Part shown: in pieces, positions 58,582 through 64,000 of the stretch
Layout: each line of letters starts with the position of its first letter
Position numbering within the stretch: position 1 is the stretch's first letter
From: Parcubacteria group bacterium Gr01-1014_3
Lineage (GTDB): Bacteria > Patescibacteriota > Minisyncoccia > UBA6257 > WO2-44-18
Length of the DNA: 64,000 bases
Reading direction: 5' to 3'
Assembly (NCBI GenBank): GCA_007376445.1
Contig: VMGF01000003.1
Location: 31,024-95,023 of the forward strand
Notes under the pieces: generated by a model
Databases searched by the model: none
Told to the model about the DNA's origin: nothing
Seen by the model: the letters and a program-made list of their open reading frames with translations, nothing else
Position numbers and translations under genes: made by a program

Positions 58582-60033
58582 CTACCTCGTTGCCAGAAGC
58601 TCCTGCAAGATTTTCCGGATCACCTCCGGATTCCCCCTCCCCTTCAAGGCCGCCATGGTTTTGCCCACCAAAAACTGCAGGGCGTTCATTTTGCCTTTTT
58701 TATAATCTTCGATCGCTTTCGGATTTTCCGTTAGGACCTGCTCAGCGGTCGGGCGGATGCTTCCCTCGTCGGAAACTTGGCCAAGATTCTCCTGCTCCAT
58801 CACCGCGCTCGGATCCAGGCCGGTTTCAGACATCTTCGCGAGCACATTCTTCGCGCCCCGGCTGGAGAGTTTATCATTGGCGATCAGCTCGACAAGATCA
58901 GCAAAATTCTCCGGGTCAATCTTGAGATTGGAAAAGGAAGTGTCTGTTTGCGACATAATTCCACGGAGATCACTGGTAAGATAGTTGTATAAAAGCTGAG
59001 TCTTCTCGGGCAATTTTGCCGAATCTCCCGCCGTGGCGGGCAAGTCCGCGGCTAATTCTGAAACTGCCTCCTCGAAGTACTCCGCCATCGCCCGATCCGC
59101 GGCTAAAATATCCGCCTGCTCCGATTTCAATCCGAATTCCTTGGCAAACCGAAGACGCTTCGCGGATGGCAACTCCGGAATATCTAATTTTAAAGATTTC
59201 AAATCAAAATGGCTCATATCGAGCGGTGGCAAATCCGGCTCCGGGAAATAGCGATAATCATGCGCCGACTCTTTCAGGCGCTGCGAAACGGTTTTATTAT
59301 GGACATCATCCCAGCCGCGGGTTTCTTGCACTACCTTGCCGCCGGACTCTAAAACTTCTTCTTGCCGTTTTATCTCATAATCAATCGCCCCCTGAACGGC
59401 TTTAAAAGAATTGATGTTTTTTACTTCTACCTTAGTGCCGAGCGTACTGCCAGAACTGATGGAAACATTGGCCTCCACCCTCATCTGCCCTTTATCCATA
59501 TCCGCGTCAGAAACGCCCAAATAGCGCAAAATTAGCTGTAATTCCCTGGCAAAGGCCACCGCCTGCTCGGCATTCTTGATATCCGGTTCGGTCACCAATT
59601 CCATCAAAGGAACGCTCGCTCGGTTCAAATCAACGAGCGAAGATTTCTTATCATCAGCGTGAAGTAGCCGACCAGTATCCTCTTCCAAGTGAATACGGGT
59701 CAGGCGGACGCCATTTAATAAACCGCCGAAAATCAGAGGCAGATCATATTGAGAAATCTGATAGCCCTTCGGAAGGTCAGGGTAAAAATAATTCTTGCGG
59801 TCGAATTTAGAAAACTGTGGAATATCTCCGTTCAATGCCATGCCAACTTTCAAAACTGCTTCCACGGCTTTTTTGTTGATCGTCGGCAAAGTCCCCGGAT
59901 GGCCGGAGCAGATCGGGCAGATATTCGTGTTGGGGTGCTTTTCCATCGGGTCATTCAAGCACTCGCAGAACATCTTGGTCGCGGTCTTAAGTTCGGCGTG
60001 TATCTCCAAGCCGATTGTGGGTTGATATTTCAT
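58582..60033 (-). CDS. gatB: Asp/Glu-tRNA amidotransferase subunit B
   Basis: IGLEIHAEL, RKNYFYPDLPKGYQISQ, YRYFPEPDL. Confidence 0.97.
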   Translation of the reverse strand: MKYQPTIGLEIHAELKTATKMFCECLNDPMEKHPNTNICPICSGHPGTLPTINKKAVEAVLKVGMALNGDIPQFSKFDRKNYFYPDLPKGYQISQYDLPLIFGGLLNGVRLTRIHLEEDTGRLLHADDKKSSLVDLNRASVPLMELVTEPDIKNAEQAVAFARELQLILRYLGVSDADMDKGQMRVEANVSISSGSTLGTKVEVKNINSFKAVQGAIDYEIKRQEEVLESGGKVVQETRGWDDVHNKTVSQRLKESAHDYRYFPEPDLPPLDMSHFDLKSLKLDIPELPSAKRLRFAKEFGLKSEQADILAADRAMAEYFEEAVSELAADLPATAGDSAKLPEKTQLLYNYLTSDLRGIMSQTDTSFSNLKIDPENFADLVELIANDKLSSRGAKNVLAKMSETGLDPSAVMEQENLGQVSDEGSIRPTAEQVLTENPKAIEDYKKGKMNALQFLVGKTMAALKGRGNPEVIRKILQELLATR

Positions 60034-60099
60034 TGCTTCTAGTATAAAATAGATGAACTCTTTGATAAAGGTCGCCAGAGACGACCAAGGAGGCAGCTA

Positions 60100-60630
60100 G
60101 TGATTATTACCGTTGGCGGCCACATTGGCTCGGGTAAGAGCACGGCCTGTAAGATTCTAAGGGAGCGTTATCTGCTTAATTACAGTTATTCTTACACCGG
60201 CCAGATCTTCCGGGATATGGCCGAGGAGCGTGGACTATCGATTGAAGATTTCTACGCGCAGATGAAAGCGGATCCAGATGGTGAAAAGGCCATCGATCTC
60301 CGTCAGGCGGAGCGGATGAACTCCGAAAACTACCTGATCGTGGACGGCCGGATGGCCGCCTTTCAAAAGACAGTATTCGACATGAAGCGTGTTCTCCTGA
60401 CTGTTAATCCAGAAGAAGGCGCGCGGCGTACTATGCTCCGTGAAAAGAAAGGCAAGTCGCTGACGCAAACGTTGGCGGACAATATCAAGCGCGCGAATGA
60501 CGAACGGGCGCGATACAACAGCCTTTATAACATCAAAGACTTCCTTGATCCTCGGCATTACGACGTCGTGATCGACACCACGAAGATTCCGGCCTATGAG
60601 GTAGCGCACCGGGTCTACATGGCGCTGTAA
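60100..60630 (+). CDS. Cytidylate kinase-like protein (short, archaeal type)
   Basis: GHIGSGKST, GQIFRDMAEERG, DGRMA, YDVVIDTT. Confidence 0.85.
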   Translation: MIITVGGHIGSGKSTACKILRERYLLNYSYSYTGQIFRDMAEERGLSIEDFYAQMKADPDGEKAIDLRQAERMNSENYLIVDGRMAAFQKTVFDMKRVLLTVNPEEGARRTMLREKKGKSLTQTLADNIKRANDERARYNSLYNIKDFLDPRHYDVVIDTTKIPAYEVAHRVYMAL

Positions 60631-60660
60631 AAAATCAAAACCCCGACATATTGTCGGGGT

Positions 60661-61143
60661 TTATTTATTATCTGTTGGCGGTAAACCGGTCAAATCTCTC
60701 GGAATGACAACGCGGATAACCTCAGCGTCAGCCCTTCTCCGATCCAGGATCCTCACCGCGCACGCGAAGACGCTAATGGGTTTTTTGTCCTTATTTCTGA
60801 AAACGGTAGTCAGTACACCCACATAATCTTTACCGGAAAAAAATTCCCAATCCTTGCCGCGTAAGATCGCGTAACCATTATAATACTCTTCCGTTTTTAA
60901 TCCCCATATCTTTAGCACCTGGCCATATCCAAAAATTTCAATCGCTATGCCATCCGCGCTTCCAGAAGGGTCCTCGTATGTAGTTTCATAACCGCACCAA
61001 AATGGATTTTCGCCGTCTCCTTCATCGGGAGATTTTTTGAGAAAGTCGGGTCTATTAGGGGCGTAGAAAAATGACTTTCTTTCGATTAATTTCCAGGACG
61101 TGAAATCCGGCACCGGGCTTTTAGCCATTTTGGTTTCCTTCAA
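60661..61143 (-). CDS. Hypothetical protein, paralog of 58134-58550 (start may be ATG 61128)
   Basis: PDFTSWK motif. Confidence 0.7.
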   Translation of the reverse strand: MKETKMAKSPVPDFTSWKLIERKSFFYAPNRPDFLKKSPDEGDGENPFWCGYETTYEDPSGSADGIAIEIFGYGQVLKIWGLKTEEYYNGYAILRGKDWEFFSGKDYVGVLTTVFRNKDKKPISVFACAVRILDRRRADAEVIRVVIPRDLTGLPPTDNK

Positions 61144-61200
61144 ATTACTGACAATAAATTAACAAAAAATCCCCCCGTTGTAAACGGAGGGATTCGAATC

Positions 61201-61722
61201 TTACATGTCCCCGATCCAGGGACGAAGCCATTCGTAAACAGCGTCAAAGTCCATCGGATCACCCTGTGGGCGCTCCATCGTGAAGACCTGCTCCTTCTCG
61301 ACAATCGACATGATCCACTCTTCCTCATGCGGCTTCAAGAGAAGCACGGTGATATCGAGAGCATGCGAGTGAGAAATTTCCGCCTGCGTGTTGCTGCCAA
61401 TATAGCCATGGGACTTGGACTGGCCTTCCAGCGCAGTCGGATTAAAAACAAGGCAGAGGCCGCCCAGGGTACGGGTTTTGCGCAGCTTGCTGAAATGGCT
61501 GAGCACCATACCCGGCACCTTCGCCTTGTAGGCTGAAGATTTCATGCGAAGACGCTCCGGCTTCCGGATGAACTTCTTCCGATGGCGTCGGAAATTCGGT
61601 TGAAAAACCAGAACCCCGCGTTTTTGGAGATAGCTCACAAAACTATCAATCGAAGCCTTATATCTTTGACTGGCGCAAATCACCAGAGGTCGCTTCAAAC
61701 CCAATGGAAACTCCTTAAACAA
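61201..61722 (-). CDS. Nucleoside 2-deoxyribosyltransferase-like fold protein
   Basis: ICAS, VFQP, GYIGSNTQAEI. Confidence 0.55.
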   Translation of the reverse strand: MFKEFPLGLKRPLVICASQRYKASIDSFVSYLQKRGVLVFQPNFRRHRKKFIRKPERLRMKSSAYKAKVPGMVLSHFSKLRKTRTLGGLCLVFNPTALEGQSKSHGYIGSNTQAEISHSHALDITVLLLKPHEEEWIMSIVEKEQVFTMERPQGDPMDFDAVYEWLRPWIGDM

Positions 61723-61783
61723 CTAACCATAAACTAACGAAAAATTTATTGATTGTCAATAAAAAAACCAGTCAAATGACCGG

Positions 61784-62335
61784 TTAAATCTTATTATAAA
61801 CGATATCCACTTTTTCCATTTTCGAAAGCACTCCGCCGGGGCCCTGCAGGCGAGACAAGGTTTTAACGAGAATATCCAGCAGGATTTTGGGGTCTGGGTG
61901 ATTCACCACCTCGACCTCTTTTCGTTCACACAAACCCCTTACGAAATCATTGTAAGCAGAGTTCGTAGAATTCCGATATGACCCCACGAAAACTATCCGC
62001 TTCACGCCCATTTGGAGCATGCTTTTGACGCAGTCGATACAGGGCGTGGCCACCACGTAAGCCGTCGCGCCATTGATGTCAGCGACCGAATTATCAATCG
62101 CGTTCCGCTCGCCATGCTGAGTGCGTTTGCAATGCCCTTCGATCATCAGATGACCGACGTCATCACAAGTATCCGCGCCCGCTACCGAACCGTTATATCC
62201 CGCGCCGACGATCTTATTGTTCTTCACTAAAACGCAGGCAGTCCGTAAACGATCGCAACTTCCCCGCGAAGACATGACCGTGGCCATCAGCAGAAAAAGT
62301 TCGTCCCAGCTCGGCTTATCCGTGGCGTCGCTCAT
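61784..62335 (-). CDS. dCMP deaminase (ComEB-like)
   Basis: PSWDE.F, R.SC, GYNG, HGERNA, PCIDC. Confidence 0.92.
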   Translation of the reverse strand: MSDATDKPSWDELFLLMATVMSSRGSCDRLRTACVLVKNNKIVGAGYNGSVAGADTCDDVGHLMIEGHCKRTQHGERNAIDNSVADINGATAYVVATPCIDCVKSMLQMGVKRIVFVGSYRNSTNSAYNDFVRGLCERKEVEVVNHPDPKILLDILVKTLSRLQGPGGVLSKMEKVDIVYNKI

Positions 62336-62412
62336 AAAACCTCCTAAGAACTTCTGGGATTGTACAAAATAAAAACCGCCCTCGCAAGTACATTCAGTAC
62401 ACTTTCTAGCGA

Positions 62413-62547
62413 GACAATAATCATTTTTCGGAACATGTCGGAGCCCAGACAGCTTGGTTTTTCGCGAAGCGAAAATGTCTGGGCGAGAGAGAAGAAAATC
62501 CGGCTGCTAGAGCCGGATTATTCTGTTTCCGAAAAATGATTATTGTC
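62413..62547 (-). ncRNA. Structured motif family C, copy 2 (3' of rplK)
   Basis: About 21-bp closing stem and two internal hairpins covarying with copy 1. Confidence 0.65.
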
Positions 62548-62552
62548 GAAGC

Positions 62553-62981
62553 CTACTTCTCGATTACCTCGATGCCCATATTCCGGGCGGTGCCGGCGAT
62601 GATCCTCATCGCGGCGTCGATATCGTGAGCATTCAGATCTACCATCTTCTTTTCCGCGATCGCGCGGACATCGGCCTGAGTAACTTTACCAACTTTCTTC
62701 TTGTTCGGTTCGCCGGAACCCTTTTCAATACCAGCGGCTTTTTTCAATAAAGAAGAAGCCGGGGAAGTCTTTAGCTTGAAATCAAAGGTACGGTCTTCGT
62801 AGATCGTAATTACAGCCGGCACTACATCGCCGATCATGTCCTTGGTCGCTTCATTGAACTTCTTACAGAAGTCCTGAATGTTGATACCGTGCGGACCAAG
62901 CGCCGTACCGATTGGCGGGGCTGGATTAGCCTTCCCGGCGTCAATTTGTAGCTTTAAAGTTGTCTTAATAGGCTTTGCCAT
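62553..62981 (-). CDS. rplK: 50S ribosomal protein uL11
   Basis: [25 protein letters not shown]. Confidence 0.97.
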   Translation of the reverse strand: MAKPIKTTLKLQIDAGKANPAPPIGTALGPHGINIQDFCKKFNEATKDMIGDVVPAVITIYEDRTFDFKLKTSPASSLLKKAAGIEKGSGEPNKKKVGKVTQADVRAIAEKKMVDLNAHDIDAAMRIIAGTARNMGIEVIEK

Positions 62982-62999
62982 TTTGTTTGTCTATTATAC

Positions 63000-63539
63000 T
63001 TATAATTTTTGAACCTGTAAAGAATCAAGCTCTACTACCGTATCGCGGCCGAAGATGCCTACTAAAACCTTAACTTTGCCTTTTTCCTGGTCAACTTCGG
63101 AAACTTTCGCGTCATAATCCTTAAAAGGACCATCGGTGATCTTCACGGTCTCCCCGACTTGTAAATCCACGTTGAATTTCGCCTCCTTGCCGGCGCCTAT
63201 CCTACCCATCAGCCCATCGATCTCCGCCTGAGACAATGGAGTAGGCGTGGTGGAATCAGAACCTACGAATCCGGTAACACGAGGAGTGTTGCGAACCACA
63301 TACCAAGAGTCCTCGGTCAGAACCATTTCAACCAAAACATACCCCGGATAGATCTTCTCTTCCGCGGTGCGACGCTTGCCGTTTTTTATTTTGATCTTGG
63401 TTTCCTTCGGAACGATGATGTTGAAGATCTTGTCGTTCATTGCCAAAGAATCAACGCGCTGCTTTAAATAACGCGCCACCGCGTCTTCATAACCAGAATA
63501 AGTATGTACTGCGTACCAATGACGTGCTTTATCTACCAT
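63000..63539 (-). CDS. nusG: Transcription factor NusG
   Basis: WYAVHTYSGYE, VRNTPRVTGF, IFGRDT. Confidence 0.97.
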   Translation of the reverse strand: MVDKARHWYAVHTYSGYEDAVARYLKQRVDSLAMNDKIFNIIVPKETKIKIKNGKRRTAEEKIYPGYVLVEMVLTEDSWYVVRNTPRVTGFVGSDSTTPTPLSQAEIDGLMGRIGAGKEAKFNVDLQVGETVKITDGPFKDYDAKVSEVDQEKGKVKVLVGIFGRDTVVELDSLQVQKL

Positions 63540-63558
63540 AAAAGTTTAATTTATAAAA

Positions 63559-63744
63559 TTAAAGTAATAATTTACCAAGTAGAAACGTAAAGATATAATC
63601 TAAAACCCCCAAAAACATCGCCACTACGAGCGACATTGCCACGACCGAAACAGTCATGCGCATGGTTTCATTCGCGCTCGGCCAGTTCACCCGCTTAAAC
63701 TCCTGCTGGGATTCCTGTAAAAATGATTTGACTTTGCTTAACAT
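63559..63744 (-). CDS. secE: Preprotein translocase SecE
   Basis: EFKRVNWPS plus TM; upstream of nusG. Confidence 0.93.
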   Translation of the reverse strand: MLSKVKSFLQESQQEFKRVNWPSANETMRMTVSVVAMSLVVAMFLGVLDYIFTFLLGKLLL

Positions 63745-63771
63745 AGTATTGCTATTTTATAACTTAAAACC

Positions 63772-64000
63772 CTAGATGTCAAGGTTTTTCACGTATTGCG
63801 CCCGGCTCTGAATGAACTGCTTACGAGGCTCCACTTCATCGCCAAGAAGAATATCGAATAGCCTGTCGGCTTCCTTCGCGTCCTCAACAATCACCTTTCT
63901 TAGGAGGCGGTTGGCCGGATTCATCGTAGTTTCCCAGAGCTGAGCTGGATTCATTTCACCAAGACCCTTATAGCGCTGAATGGAAATTCCCTTAACTTCA
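63772..64000 (-). CDS. gyrB: DNA gyrase subunit B, C-terminal part (cut by window edge)
   Basis: [33 protein letters not shown]. Confidence 0.93.
   Translation of the reverse strand, partial: EVKGISIQRYKGLGEMNPAQLWETTMNPANRLLRKVIVEDAKEADRLFDILLGDEVEPRKQFIQSRAQYVKNLDI

Overview
64 kb of chromosome from a small-genome bacterium. Gene content and style suggest Patescibacteria/CPR (Parcubacteria-like): short SMC, N-truncated RF2, split ComEC, rplK without adjacent rplA. Standard code 11. A housekeeping backbone (ftsEX, prfB, lepA, ndk, aspS, comEC, mnmA, efp, tgt, tsaC, mraZ-rsmH-ftsL-ftsI-murF, rplJL, trmD, khpA, rpsP, smc, rnc, nusB, rpmF, dnaE, thrS, gatB, rplK-nusG-secE, gyrB 3' end) is interrupted by many 1-3 gene accessory cassettes. 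I saw no rRNA, CRISPR array, integrase or transposase. The notable signals are non-coding. (1) A tiny inverted-repeat element (ends CCCCGCACCTTT) is inserted with target duplication into a tRNA-Thr(CGT) while carrying an intact tRNA-Thr(CGT), and into a terminator while carrying a terminator-like hairpin. (2) A chimeric Thr/Gly-like tRNA and an orphan diverged dnaE 3' end both start at palindromes. (3) One 22-bp palindrome occurs three times, twice bracketing a TrpR-like gene. (4) A covarying ~135-nt structured motif lies 3' of smc, rplK and thrS. (5) A 6S-like ncRNA candidate. (6) GxxExxY nuclease genes bounded by inverted repeats, plus gene-less repeat arrays and in-frame palindromic insertions in essential genes. 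(7) Apparently leaderless core genes contrast with Shine-Dalgarno (SD)-led accessory genes. All calls are by eye; no database searches were run.
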